Shown: piece by piece, positions 23,623 to 32,357 of the stretch
How positions within the stretch are numbered: the stretch's first letter is position 1
How the letters are laid out: every line of letters starts with the position of its first letter
Virus record (IMG/VR): IMGVR_UViG_3300031867_000270
Span: 1-35,643 of that record
From: a virus
Reading direction: 5' to 3' (one strand)
DNA: 35,643 bases
Notes under the pieces: model-generated
Databases searched by the model: none
Told to the model about the DNA's origin: nothing
Seen by the model: the letters and a program-made list of their open reading frames with translations, nothing else
Translations under genes and position numbers: made by a program

Positions 23623-24850
23623 TGAAGAAATTGAAAAAGCAATGTTGTACTACATTATTTTCCAAAATGAAGAGTATTTGTTAGATGAAGAAGATTTTTC
23701 AGACAGTAGAAATAAAAAGTTGATAAAAGCTATAAACAATCTAAAAGCAAAAAAACAAGAAGTAAATATGCTAAGTGTAAAGGCAGAACTGGGGAAAGTA
23801 CAAGGAGATGTTCTAAGATATTTATCAACACTAGGAGAATACAGTTATGGAACAACAGCTGAAACACTTTACCGAAAGATTTTAGAGATGTCTAAAAAAA
23901 GAAAAATAATTAAACTTTTGCAAGATTCAATTTCAGAGGTAGAAGAAGTTGAGGATATAGATATTTTTGGAGAAAAGATAATAAAAGACATTAACAAAAT
24001 CAAGAGTAGAGATGAAAAAGAAAGAACCTTTGTTGAACAAGTTGTAGAAGCAGTTGAAACAATTGAGAAGAACACTTTATCAAAAACAGATTATTCTTTA
24101 TACACTGGAATTATGGATTTAGACAACATTACTTGCGGGTTGCACAACGAAGAATTAACAATCATAGGAGCTAGACCAGGGGTAGGAAAGACAACACTTG
24201 CATTGCAAATAGCAGAAAACATAGCTTCAAAAGGTGTTGAAACGGCAATAGTAAGTTTAGAGATGTCAGAGTATCAGATTATTCAAAAGTTAATAGCTAA
24301 ACGAACTAGGATAAATTCCTACAAAATGAGAATGGGAACGCTAGAAACAAATGACTTAGGAGAAGTAGGAAAAGCTGGAGCGGAAGTATCAACATTGCCA
24401 ATTCACTTAATAACAAATGCAAAGACATTGCAACACATAGAAAATATAGCTCGTAAATTAAAGAATAAAAGCAAATTGGGGCTTATGATAATAGATTACA
24501 TACAACTGATAAAAAATCAAGGGAGATTTAATTCTCGTGAGCAAGAAGTAGCAGATATAACAAGAACATTGAAGTTATTAAGTTTAGAATTAAAGATACC
24601 AATAGTAGGGTTATGTCAGCTAAACAGAAATGCAACAAAATCAGAGCCAATGTTAGCTGATTTAAGAGAAAGTGGAGCAATAGAACAAGATGCAGATAAT
24701 GTAATATTTTTATACCAAGAAAAAGAACAAGAGGGAAATATCGTAGACGTAACATTGAAAGTTGCAAAGCAAAGAGCAGGAGAAATAGGAAAGGTATATT
24801 TGAAATTTAACAAAGGGAATAGTGAATTTAAAGGAGTTATAAGATGCTAG
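23615..24850 (+). CDS. dnaB: Replicative DNA helicase (DnaB family)
   Basis: Walker A GARPGVGKTT, IIDYIQLI, and the LCQLNR / LRESGAIEQDAD motifs. Confidence 0.9.
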   Translation: MYDEEIEKAMLYYIIFQNEEYLLDEEDFSDSRNKKLIKAINNLKAKKQEVNMLSVKAELGKVQGDVLRYLSTLGEYSYGTTAETLYRKILEMSKKRKIIKLLQDSISEVEEVEDIDIFGEKIIKDINKIKSRDEKERTFVEQVVEAVETIEKNTLSKTDYSLYTGIMDLDNITCGLHNEELTIIGARPGVGKTTLALQIAENIASKGVETAIVSLEMSEYQIIQKLIAKRTRINSYKMRMGTLETNDLGEVGKAGAEVSTLPIHLITNAKTLQHIENIARKLKNKSKLGLMIIDYIQLIKNQGRFNSREQEVADITRTLKLLSLELKIPIVGLCQLNRNATKSEPMLADLRESGAIEQDADNVIFLYQEKEQEGNIVDVTLKVAKQRAGEIGKVYLKFNKGNSEFKGVIRC

Positions 24851-24948
24851 AAATAGATAAAAAACAATTATTAAGTTTTGATAATGCAAATAGAGTAAGA
24901 ATACTAAAGTACATAGCTTTAGGATTAATTAAATATAAAGGAGAGTGA
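24844..24948 (+). CDS. Possible small ORF (34 aa)
   Basis: ATG overlaps the helicase stop and fills the gap to the next gene; no clear RBS. Confidence 0.25.
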   Translation: MLEIDKKQLLSFDNANRVRILKYIALGLIKYKGE

Positions 24949-24954
24949 GTACAA

Positions 24955-25263
24955 ATGAGTTTGTTAACGATAAAAACAAGAAGAGAAAGTAATGAAAAGA
25001 CAAATAAAGATAGACCCATATTATATACAAGAGTACTAGCAATATTAAGTACAGGTTTAACACTAACAGCAAATGAAATAGCAAAAAGAATAAATAAGAA
25101 TTGGAAAAGACAAGACATACAGCCAAGGCTTAATGAATTAAGAGATAAATACAACTTAATAGAGGAAAATGGAAAGAAATATGACAATGAAACTAATAGG
25201 AATGTAACAGCATATAGATTAATCAAAGAAAATGAAGTAAAGGAGGGAGCAAATGAAATATAA
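24955..25263 (+). CDS. Hypothetical winged-helix-like protein
   Basis: RBS AAAGGAGAG. ILSTGLTLTANEIAKRIN...IQPRLNELRDK is HTH-like. Confidence 0.5.
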   Translation: MSLLTIKTRRESNEKTNKDRPILYTRVLAILSTGLTLTANEIAKRINKNWKRQDIQPRLNELRDKYNLIEENGKKYDNETNRNVTAYRLIKENEVKEGANEI

Positions 25264-25381
25264 AGACTTAAAAGAGCCTTGCAAAAGTTGCCTTCGGATG
25301 CATCCGACTTTGAAAATCCTAACTTCGAAGGAGATAAAAAATGTAAATGGCAACCAAAAGAAGAAGGCATTGAACAAATAA
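25253..25381 (+). CDS. Possible small ORF (42 aa)
   Basis: ATG 25253 after AAGGAGGGAG; overlaps the previous stop. Confidence 0.35.
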   Translation: MKYKDLKEPCKSCLRMHPTLKILTSKEIKNVNGNQKKKALNK

Positions 25382-25403
25382 AACTAAATTTAGGAGATAA
25401 AAG

Positions 25404-25784
25404 ATGAAATATAGTTTTGAAATAAATAGACGATTACCAAGTTTTAATGAATATACAAAAGCTTGTAGAAGTAATAAATATGCAGGAGCAGAAATGAAAA
25501 AGCAAATAGAACTTGAAATATGGGCATACATAACAAACAAGTTAAAAGGAGTAAAGATAGACAAGCCAATATTTATAACATTTACGTGGGTAGAAGAAAA
25601 CAAAAAACGAGATCTCGATAATATCTGTTTCGCCAAGAAATTTATATTAGATGCACTACAAAAGGCAGGAGTAATAGAAAACGATAATAGTAAACATGTT
25701 ACGGGATTTACAGATAAATTTGAATATGCGGATAGAAGTAAAGTAATAGTTGAATTGGAGGAAATACCAGATGAACAGAAGTAA
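25404..25784 (+). CDS. rusA: RusA-family Holliday junction resolvase
   Basis: SFNEYTKACRSNKYAGAEMKK...KKRDLDNICFAKKFILDALQKAGVIENDN matches the RusA signature. Confidence 0.85.
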   Translation: MKYSFEINRRLPSFNEYTKACRSNKYAGAEMKKQIELEIWAYITNKLKGVKIDKPIFITFTWVEENKKRDLDNICFAKKFILDALQKAGVIENDNSKHVTGFTDKFEYADRSKVIVELEEIPDEQK

Positions 25785-25935
25785 TGCAAAAATAATCATA
25801 ATACTAGAAACAATCCTAATGCTAATAATGTCAATAAGTTTAGGTTATGCAATAGGACAAACAAAACGAGAAGTATACCAAAAAGAAAATGAATTACAGG
25901 AGTTAAAAAAAGGAATTGAGCAGATTAAAAAATAA
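25771..25935 (+). CDS. Small membrane protein (54 aa)
   Basis: ATG 25771 after GGAGGAA; TM segment IIIILETILMLIMSISLGYAI. Confidence 0.5.
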   Translation: MNRSNAKIIIILETILMLIMSISLGYAIGQTKREVYQKENELQELKKGIEQIKK

Positions 25936-25969
25936 CGATGAATATTTAATATCAAGGGAGGATAGAAAT

Positions 25970-26335
25970 ATGGCATTTGATTTAAACGACGAAGAATTAA
26001 AAGCAACAAGAGAAATGAATAAAACAGCATGGGAAAGTGAAATAGATAAATGGAGTAAAGAATATCTAATAGAAAGATATAAAGATTTAGTTGAAATAGA
26101 AAAAGAACATAAAAAAGAAAATGGAGAATTGAGGGAAAAGGTAAAAGAATTAGAAAACGCAGATTTAACAACAGTATATATGAATGGCTTTTATGATGGA
26201 GAAAAGAAGTGGAAAGATAAAATAAAAGAAAAAATAGAATTTTATAAAAGATATGGGAAAATTAAAAATTCTAATGAGTATGTAATGAGTGTAGAAATAG
26301 AAGTTTTAGAAGAACTATTAGAAGAAAGGAATTAA
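25970..26335 (+). CDS. Hypothetical coiled-coil protein
   Basis: ATG 25970 after AGGGAGGA. Confidence 0.5.
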   Translation: MAFDLNDEELKATREMNKTAWESEIDKWSKEYLIERYKDLVEIEKEHKKENGELREKVKELENADLTTVYMNGFYDGEKKWKDKIKEKIEFYKRYGKIKNSNEYVMSVEIEVLEELLEERN

Positions 26336-26341
26336 ATAGAT

Positions 26342-26782
26342 ATGAATAAAGAAGAAAAGTTTGTTATAAAAACATTAAAAGATAGTCAAAATACATATAT
26401 AGAGAACACAAAAGTTAAAAAAGTAGAATTAAGCACTGATGAAGCAAAAGTAGTTTTAAATCTAATAGAAAAACAACAAAAAGAATTAGAACCAATAAAG
26501 AAATTAAATATTCCAGTAGAAACATTAGTATCAGAATTTAATAGGTTAGAAGGTTTAGAAGATAACACAGAAATGTTAAAAAGTGAATTAGAAAAGAAAG
26601 ATAAGATAATAGATAAAATGGCAGAACTAATATACAAAAAAATAGATATGCTAGAGATGGGAGATATGGCAAAAGAAATAAATTATAGTTTGGAAGAATT
26701 ATATTCTGGGATAGAAGATGAGGAAGCAATAAAAATCATTAAAAACAGCTTTACAAATCTAGTAGAAAAGGAGAGTAAATAA
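26342..26782 (+). CDS. Hypothetical protein
   Basis: 146 aa ORF in the early-operon orientation. Confidence 0.5.
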   Translation: MNKEEKFVIKTLKDSQNTYIENTKVKKVELSTDEAKVVLNLIEKQQKELEPIKKLNIPVETLVSEFNRLEGLEDNTEMLKSELEKKDKIIDKMAELIYKKIDMLEMGDMAKEINYSLEELYSGIEDEEAIKIIKNSFTNLVEKESK

Positions 26783-26783
26783 T

Positions 26784-26879
26784 ATGTATATATTAGATAT
26801 AGGTTTATCAATACTTATGGGAAGTATAGGAATAGCAATAATAGTAGCAGTATATATGAGTTTTAAAGATAAGGAGTAA
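26784..26879 (+). CDS. Mini membrane peptide (31 aa)
   Basis: ATG 26784 after AAGGAGAG; the sequence YILDIGLSILMGSIGIAIIVAVYM. Confidence 0.35.
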   Translation: MYILDIGLSILMGSIGIAIIVAVYMSFKDKE

Positions 26880-26883
26880 TTAT

Positions 26884-27222
26884 ATGGAATTACCAGTAAT
26901 ATATGAAGACTTTAACCCAAGTATAGAGGTTAAAGGAATGATAATTATATTTAAAGAAAAGGAGTTGGGCATGAGAATAGAAACAAAATACAATATAGAA
27001 GATAGAGTATGGGTAGTATATGAGTGTCAAAAAGAAGTAAGTGTATATGATACTGTAATAGAAGAAGTTTGTTACAACGGGATAGAATCATATTATTTTG
27101 GAAAAGAAGGAGTAGATATATACGAGAAAAATATGGTTGCTTATGATGATAAAAAAGGACTAGCTGAATTAATAGAAAGAATAATGAATGAAATACATAC
27201 AAGAGAGGAGTTAGAGAGATGA
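26884..27222 (+). CDS. Hypothetical protein
   Basis: ORF with AAGGAG upstream; an internal ATG (MRIETKY) with its own RBS is an alternative start. Confidence 0.5.
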   Translation: MELPVIYEDFNPSIEVKGMIIIFKEKELGMRIETKYNIEDRVWVVYECQKEVSVYDTVIEEVCYNGIESYYFGKEGVDIYEKNMVAYDDKKGLAELIERIMNEIHTREELER

Positions 27223-27473
27223 CAGCAGATGAAATGTTTGAAGAATTAGGATTTGATTACTTTGATAATTATAATCACGATTATATATACGGTGGAAGAC
27301 TTCTAAAAAGAGAAAAGTATAAAGAACAGTTAGAACAAAGAATTGTAATTGACTGTGATACTCAAACTGTCGAAATAGACCATGGAACACCTGATATATT
27401 TCCTATAATAAATAAAAAAATAGATGAATTAGGAATGAAAGAAATTAGAAAAGAAGAAAATGAAAGGAGCTGA
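27219..27473 (+). CDS. Hypothetical protein
   Basis: ATGA start-stop overlap with the previous gene. Confidence 0.5.
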   Translation: MTADEMFEELGFDYFDNYNHDYIYGGRLLKREKYKEQLEQRIVIDCDTQTVEIDHGTPDIFPIINKKIDELGMKEIRKEENERS

Positions 27474-27481
27474 AAGGTTAG

Positions 27482-27850
27482 ATGAATAAAACAATAAAAG
27501 TAATAGATTTATTAAATAAAATAGCTAATGGAGAAGAAGTACCAAAACATATTATTGTTAATATAAATGATGAATATTTTTTAAACAAAGATGCATCGAG
27601 TATAGAAGAATTATATAGAACTGATGCAGGAACAAATTGGACAAGCTATGCTGATGTACAATTAGGCTATTTTGTTGAAATAATAGAAGATAAAGAAGAT
27701 ATAAACATACAAGATATAGAAGAGATGCCTGAATATATACATATAGGAGATGGAAGAGCAGATACAGATGTAAAAGATGAAGTGAATATAAAAATAAATG
27801 AAATAATAAGAGCAGTTAAGCAATTAGATAAAACAAAGGAGGATAAATAA
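27482..27850 (+). CDS. Hypothetical protein
   Basis: 122 aa ORF, packed in the operon. Confidence 0.5.
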   Translation: MNKTIKVIDLLNKIANGEEVPKHIIVNINDEYFLNKDASSIEELYRTDAGTNWTSYADVQLGYFVEIIEDKEDINIQDIEEMPEYIHIGDGRADTDVKDEVNIKINEIIRAVKQLDKTKEDK

Positions 27851-27949
27851 ATGGGAAACTTTATACTAGGATTTATGATAGGAGGCTTTTTAAGTTTATT
27901 AGTATTATCTTTGGTTATAACAGGGAAAGAAAGTGAGGAGGATAAATAA
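27851..27949 (+). CDS. Mini membrane peptide (32 aa)
   Basis: ATG directly after the previous stop, with AAGGAGGA upstream; the sequence GNFILGFMIGGFLSLLVLSLVI. Confidence 0.35.
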   Translation: MGNFILGFMIGGFLSLLVLSLVITGKESEEDK

Positions 27950-27950
27950 A

Positions 27951-28268
27951 ATGAATTTAGAAAGAATTAAAAAAGATATTGACCATCAAACAAGGAATGG
28001 AAGAAAAAATATATACATAAAAGTAGATGACTTAAATGAGTTAGTACAAGGGGCTAAACAAGAAGTCAGAGGAGAAGAAAGAATTTATATAGGTATAGAG
28101 GCAATGAAGAAAATAGTAGAAGCTTATGAAAATAACAGAACTCAAGAAGAAAAAGAAAAGGACGAGTTCTTCAAAAGAATACATGTAGATATGCCAAAGC
28201 ATGAATTAATACCAATAAGTGAAAATGGAGCTTTATTTCATCCATTAAAAGAAGATAGAGAAAGGTAG
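27951..28268 (+). CDS. Hypothetical protein
   Basis: ATG 27951 after GAGGAGGA (the track ORF opens with GTG 27933). Confidence 0.5.
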   Translation: MNLERIKKDIDHQTRNGRKNIYIKVDDLNELVQGAKQEVRGEERIYIGIEAMKKIVEAYENNRTQEEKEKDEFFKRIHVDMPKHELIPISENGALFHPLKEDRER

Positions 28269-28275
28269 TGATAAT

Positions 28276-28464
28276 ATGCCTCTAATAGACAGAAGAGAAA
28301 AATTAGAAAAAGCATTATCAGAATGGATAAAAATGACAGAAGATGTAGAAATTCAAGTTAACAATGTAATTGATGGAAAGAAACATAAAAAAGAATTAAA
28401 TGCATTAATGAGTAATTGCAAACTTAAATTTAGAAGGCTAGAAGATGTTTTGAAAATTTACTAG
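28276..28464 (+). CDS. Hypothetical protein
   Basis: 62 aa ORF in the operon. Confidence 0.45.
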   Translation: MPLIDRREKLEKALSEWIKMTEDVEIQVNNVIDGKKHKKELNALMSNCKLKFRRLEDVLKIY

Positions 28465-28475
28465 GAGGAATACAA

Positions 28476-28661
28476 ATGAAGATATATGGAATATATGATC
28501 TAATTCAAAATGAATTATGTTTAAGAATAGGGACTTTAAATGAAGTAGTAAGATTTTTAGATTTTACACCAAGAGAAATAGGGAGAGCAATAAAAACTAA
28601 CAGTACAGTAAGAAACAGGTATAAAGTATATTATTTGTTTGAGGAGGTACAAAAGAGTTGA
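28476..28661 (+). CDS. Hypothetical protein
   Basis: RBS AGGAGGAA; 61 aa. Confidence 0.45.
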   Translation: MKIYGIYDLIQNELCLRIGTLNEVVRFLDFTPREIGRAIKTNSTVRNRYKVYYLFEEVQKS

Positions 28662-29209
28662 GATATATAAAAGAAGAATTAGAAGGTTTATTAAGAAAAC
28701 ACAAAGAACATGAAGCTCAATTGACAGAATTAGAGTTGAAATTAGAAGAATACAAAGAGCGATTAGAATATGCAGGTACAGTTTATCAAGATACAGAAGA
28801 AGAAACGATAGAAAACTTACAATTACACGGAAAAGGTTTCGATGAAGTATCGAGTAATACCAACAAAGTATCGGATAAAGTATCAAGTACAGCAATGATA
28901 TATAAAAGAGAAATGAACCATATAAACAATGAAGATAGAACACATCTTGAAAGTAAAATAAGAGAGTTTGAAAAAGAAAAAGATACATTAAATAAAAAAG
29001 TTGTTAGAGTAAAGAACTTATTAGACAGAGTAACAATAGATGAACGATATGTAATTAATTTATTTTATTTAGAAGAATCTAAATGGGATTACATAGAAAA
29101 GAAGTATTTTGAAGAATTTGAAAGACATAAGTCAATAAAACAGCTACAAACATACAGAGACAACGCATTAGATAAAATGCTAAACATAATTAATATTGGT
29201 TTACAATAA
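28658..29209 (+). CDS. Late-gene transcriptional activator (ArpU/RinA-like, sigma-70 region-4-like C-terminus)
   Basis: C-terminal DERYVINLFYLEESKWDYIEKKY...SIKQLQTYRDNALDKML resembles sigma region 4. Last early gene before the packaging module. TTG start. Confidence 0.55.
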   Translation: MRYIKEELEGLLRKHKEHEAQLTELELKLEEYKERLEYAGTVYQDTEEETIENLQLHGKGFDEVSSNTNKVSDKVSSTAMIYKREMNHINNEDRTHLESKIREFEKEKDTLNKKVVRVKNLLDRVTIDERYVINLFYLEESKWDYIEKKYFEEFERHKSIKQLQTYRDNALDKMLNIINIGLQ

Positions 29210-29214
29210 AACTT

Positions 29215-29278
29215 CGCGAAAACTTCGCAAAAATTACGCGAAAACTTCCTTTAAATTTCATTTTGAAGGTAGTATAAT
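29215..29278 (+). promoter_or_regulatory. Candidate late promoter: two 12-bp direct repeats CGCGAAAACTTC, then TATAAT
   Basis: Repeats at 29215-29226 and 29237-29248 (22-bp period). TATAAT at 29273-29278 with no good -35, so likely activator-dependent. Confidence 0.5.
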
Positions 29279-29824
29279 TATAATAGAAAAATTATAAAAA
29301 GTCGCAGATGTAGAGAATACATTTCATAGACCGAGCGACACATCTTTCTAATTAAAATGGTAAAGAAGAGCTGATGTTTTAAATGTTGGCTCTTTTATTA
29401 TGCTTATTACAACTGATACTAGGTAAAGTTGATAATAATAAATAGTGATTCATATGGATTACTCCTTTTTATCGTTGTATTTTAAGTATTTTTTTGCGAG
29501 GAACATCACCTCCTTTCGAAGAATTATAGAGAAATGGAAGACATAGAACTTTCCTAGTGAGTTCTAATATATTTTGTATACAGCAATATAACATAGGAAC
29601 TGCAGAGAGGCGAAAGTAGTAATATTAAATTAATATGTTTAGGTTTTAACGCAGGTGATACTACGGTTTTATGGGCAACTATTAAAGAACTTAGCCCCAA
29701 GGTAGAGCATAGCTACCATATATTACGAAGGTATAAGCCTCTTTATACTAGTTTGCGATGTCTTATAACTATATTGTTGTATAGAGACTATATAGAGTTA
29801 TATATTAAAACAAAGGAAAAGCCT
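29279..29824 (+). other. Long non-coding, hairpin-rich region (late-operon leader or candidate structured RNA)
   Basis: No ORF of 60 aa or more on either strand. Several stem-loops. Local G+C is about 39% at 29641-29760 by hand count, in an AT-rich genome. Confidence 0.5.
29379..29453 (-). CDS. Possible 24-aa peptide (MNHYLLLSTLPSISCNKHNKRANI)
   Basis: ATG 29453 lies 8 nt after AAGGAG on the minus strand and ends inside the 29366-29396 hairpin; otherwise unsupported. Confidence 0.25.
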   Translation of the reverse strand: MNHYLLLSTLPSISCNKHNKRANI

Positions 29825-29980
29825 ATGAATATAAAAGAATACCAAGAAAGAATATGTAAATATTGTATAGTAGAAAACTGTACACAGAAAATAGAGGAAA
29901 CAAAATTAGATGATGTACTGTGTATGAAATGTTTAGAATATAACAAAGGAGAAAGCCATGAGAAAAAGTTATACAGCTGA
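29825..29980 (+). CDS. Small Cys-rich (CxxC...CxxC) protein, 51 aa
   Basis: ATG 29825 (the track ORF opens upstream with TTG). ICKYCIVENC...CMKC suggests a zinc ribbon. Confidence 0.45.
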   Translation: MNIKEYQERICKYCIVENCTQKIEETKLDDVLCMKCLEYNKGESHEKKLYS

Positions 29981-30098
29981 TTATATAATGAGAGACTACA
30001 AGAGAGAGCAATATTATAAAAAGAAGCTTGAGGAAAAGAAGAAGGAATTAAAAAATATAAAAGGAGGAAAAGAAGATGATAAAAGTAGAAGTTATTGA
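29958..30098 (+). CDS. Possible small basic protein (46 aa)
   Basis: ATG 6 nt after AAAGGAG; overlaps both neighbours. Confidence 0.35.
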   Translation: MRKSYTADYIMRDYKREQYYKKKLEEKKKELKNIKGGKEDDKSRSY

Positions 30099-30351
30099 AG
30101 AATTTACATTAGGTAGATTTAATGAATTAAAAAACATAGTAAGAGCAAGAAGAGAAGAAACAGGAAGATTATTTATAGGAGATACTTTTGAGTGCAAAAA
30201 AGAATTAGTAGATTATTTATTAGGGAAAAACGCATTAGGAAGAGCATTTGTAAAAGTAATAGAAGTTACACAAATTGAAAAAGATAACAATGCAGAGGAA
30301 ATAGAAATAAAGTCAGTTAGAAAAACAACTACTAAAAAGAAAGAAGTATAG
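30076..30351 (+). CDS. Hypothetical protein
   Basis: Strong RBS AAGGAGGAA; 91 aa. Confidence 0.55.
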   Translation: MIKVEVIEEFTLGRFNELKNIVRARREETGRLFIGDTFECKKELVDYLLGKNALGRAFVKVIEVTQIEKDNNAEEIEIKSVRKTTTKKKEV

Positions 30352-30354
30352 TAT

Positions 30355-30642
30355 ATGAATGTAAATCAAAGTATAAATAAACTATTATTTGCATTACAAC
30401 AAAAAGGGCAATTGTACAAAGTAAATAGTTTTCAATTTTATTCAGATAAAGCAAATAAATATTGTACTAAATATCAAATAATGAAAAAAGAGATAATTGA
30501 AGATATAACTACATTATATGTTGATGGAGAAAAATACAACAAAGAAATTGAAAAAAGTGAAAAATATAATGTTGATTATGAATGCTACAACAAAATAGAT
30601 ATATTAAAATACTTTATGAAGGAGTATAAAGGAATGGGATAA
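30355..30642 (+). CDS. Hypothetical protein
   Basis: 95 aa, packed upstream of terS. Confidence 0.5.
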   Translation: MNVNQSINKLLFALQQKGQLYKVNSFQFYSDKANKYCTKYQIMKKEIIEDITTLYVDGEKYNKEIEKSEKYNVDYECYNKIDILKYFMKEYKGMG

Positions 30643-30643
30643 C

Positions 30644-31066
30644 ATGGCGAAGATAGATGATAGAAAGAAAAAAGAAATAATTGCATACTATGCAGAATCT
30701 CAAAATTATAGAGAAACAGCAAGAAGATTTAGTATTTCCCCCAATACGGTTAAAAGTTTAGTAAATAAAAATGAACAAATTGCACAAATCTGCACACAAA
30801 AAAGTATAGAAAATACAAAATCAGTTTTGCAAGAAATGGAAGAAAGAAAACAAACCAAAATAAAGTTACTAGATAAAATATTAGAAGCAATGGATAAAAA
30901 ATTAGACGATATTGATATGTTTACAAATATAAAAGATTTAGCTACTGCATATGGAATAATTATGGACAAGGAAATAAAACTTAAAGAAATAGATAACAAA
31001 AACAAAGACAGTCAAGATGTGCTGGATAGGTTAGATAAGTTATTAGAGGAGCAGAGAAATGCTTAA
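30644..31066 (+). CDS. terS: Terminase small subunit
   Basis: 140 aa with an N-terminal HTH (YRETARRFSISPNTVKSLV); overlaps the terL start. Confidence 0.7.
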   Translation: MAKIDDRKKKEIIAYYAESQNYRETARRFSISPNTVKSLVNKNEQIAQICTQKSIENTKSVLQEMEERKQTKIKLLDKILEAMDKKLDDIDMFTNIKDLATAYGIIMDKEIKLKEIDNKNKDSQDVLDRLDKLLEEQRNA

Positions 31067-32357
31067 ATGGACTGATAAACAAAGGGAATATTTGCAAAAA
31101 GCCACGCATAGATGGAACTTTAAAATTGGAGCGGTAAGAAGTGGAAAAACATTTCAAGATAAAGAAGATATTATAGCAAGAAGAATAAGACAAAGAAAAG
31201 GATTAGATGGTTTAGTAGTGCTTATTGGGGTAACAGAGGCGACAATTGAGAGAAATGTTTTAAGACCTATGCGAGATAAATTTGGTTCAGAGTTGGTTGG
31301 GAATATATCAAAAAATAAAGTTTGGCTATTTGGAGAAGAATGCTATGCTTTAGGAGCAGAGAAAATAACACAAGTCTCCAAAATACAAGGAGCTAGCTTT
31401 AAATATGTATATGGTGATGAAGTAGCGAAATGGAAAAAGGAAGTATTTGATATGGTAAAATCAAGGCTAGACCAAGATTATAGCTTGTTTGATGGAACTT
31501 GTAACCCAGAACAAAAAAATCATTGGTTAAAAGAGTTTTTAGATAGCGATGCAGATATATATATACAACATTACACAATAGATGATAATACATTTTTAAG
31601 TAAAACATTTATAGAAAATTTAAAAAAAGAATATAAAGGAACAGTACTTTATAATAGATACATATTAGGATTATGGTGTAATGCAGAAGGACTTATATAT
31701 AGAACATTTGCCGATAATCCTAAAAAATACATATGGACTAAAAAGAAAAAAGACAATAATGGAAATGAAACAGAAAAATATGATTTACCACCAGGGTATA
31801 CAATAATAGGAATTGATTATGGAGGCACAAAATCGGGGCAAGCATTTGTAGCTACAAGAATAAGCTATGATTTTACAAAGGTAATAGCTTTAGCAACCGA
31901 AAGACACTTTGGAGATATAGACCCAGATAAGTTAGAAGAATTGGAATTGAATTTCATATTAAAAGTAATGTATAAATATGACTTAACAGTTGATGATATA
32001 TTCCCAGATAATGAGGAAACAGTTCTAATAAGAGGACTAAGAAATGCATGTGAAAGAAAAGGAATATATGCTACAGTAAGAGGTAGTAAAAAAGTTCCTG
32101 TAAATAATAGAATAGATTGTGAACGTACCATAATTGCTTATGGTATTTTTTATTACATAAAAGAGGAATGTGAAACATTAGTTGAAGCACTAGAAAGTGC
32201 TTTATGGAGTGATAAACCAGGAAAAGACAATAAAGATGAAAGACTAGACGACTTTACAACGGATATAGATTCATTAGATGCATTTGAATACACATTCGAA
32301 AGATATATACCACAAATAACAGATGTTGTAGAAATGAGGAGAAAAAATAATGTTTGA
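31059..32357 (+). CDS. terL: Terminase large subunit (PBSX/Terminase_3-like)
   Basis: Walker A GAVRSGKT, Walker B-like YVYGDE, C-terminal nuclease region; 432 aa. Confidence 0.9.
   Translation: MLKWTDKQREYLQKATHRWNFKIGAVRSGKTFQDKEDIIARRIRQRKGLDGLVVLIGVTEATIERNVLRPMRDKFGSELVGNISKNKVWLFGEECYALGAEKITQVSKIQGASFKYVYGDEVAKWKKEVFDMVKSRLDQDYSLFDGTCNPEQKNHWLKEFLDSDADIYIQHYTIDDNTFLSKTFIENLKKEYKGTVLYNRYILGLWCNAEGLIYRTFADNPKKYIWTKKKKDNNGNETEKYDLPPGYTIIGIDYGGTKSGQAFVATRISYDFTKVIALATERHFGDIDPDKLEELELNFILKVMYKYDLTVDDIFPDNEETVLIRGLRNACERKGIYATVRGSKKVPVNNRIDCERTIIAYGIFYYIKEECETLVEALESALWSDKPGKDNKDERLDDFTTDIDSLDAFEYTFERYIPQITDVVEMRRKNNV

Noticed and set aside
28845-28889. Three AAGTATC(G/A) repeats inside the late-activator gene
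   Set aside because: They encode a repeated KVS(D/S) peptide, so a coding-level duplication is the simplest explanation. There is no supporting regulatory context.
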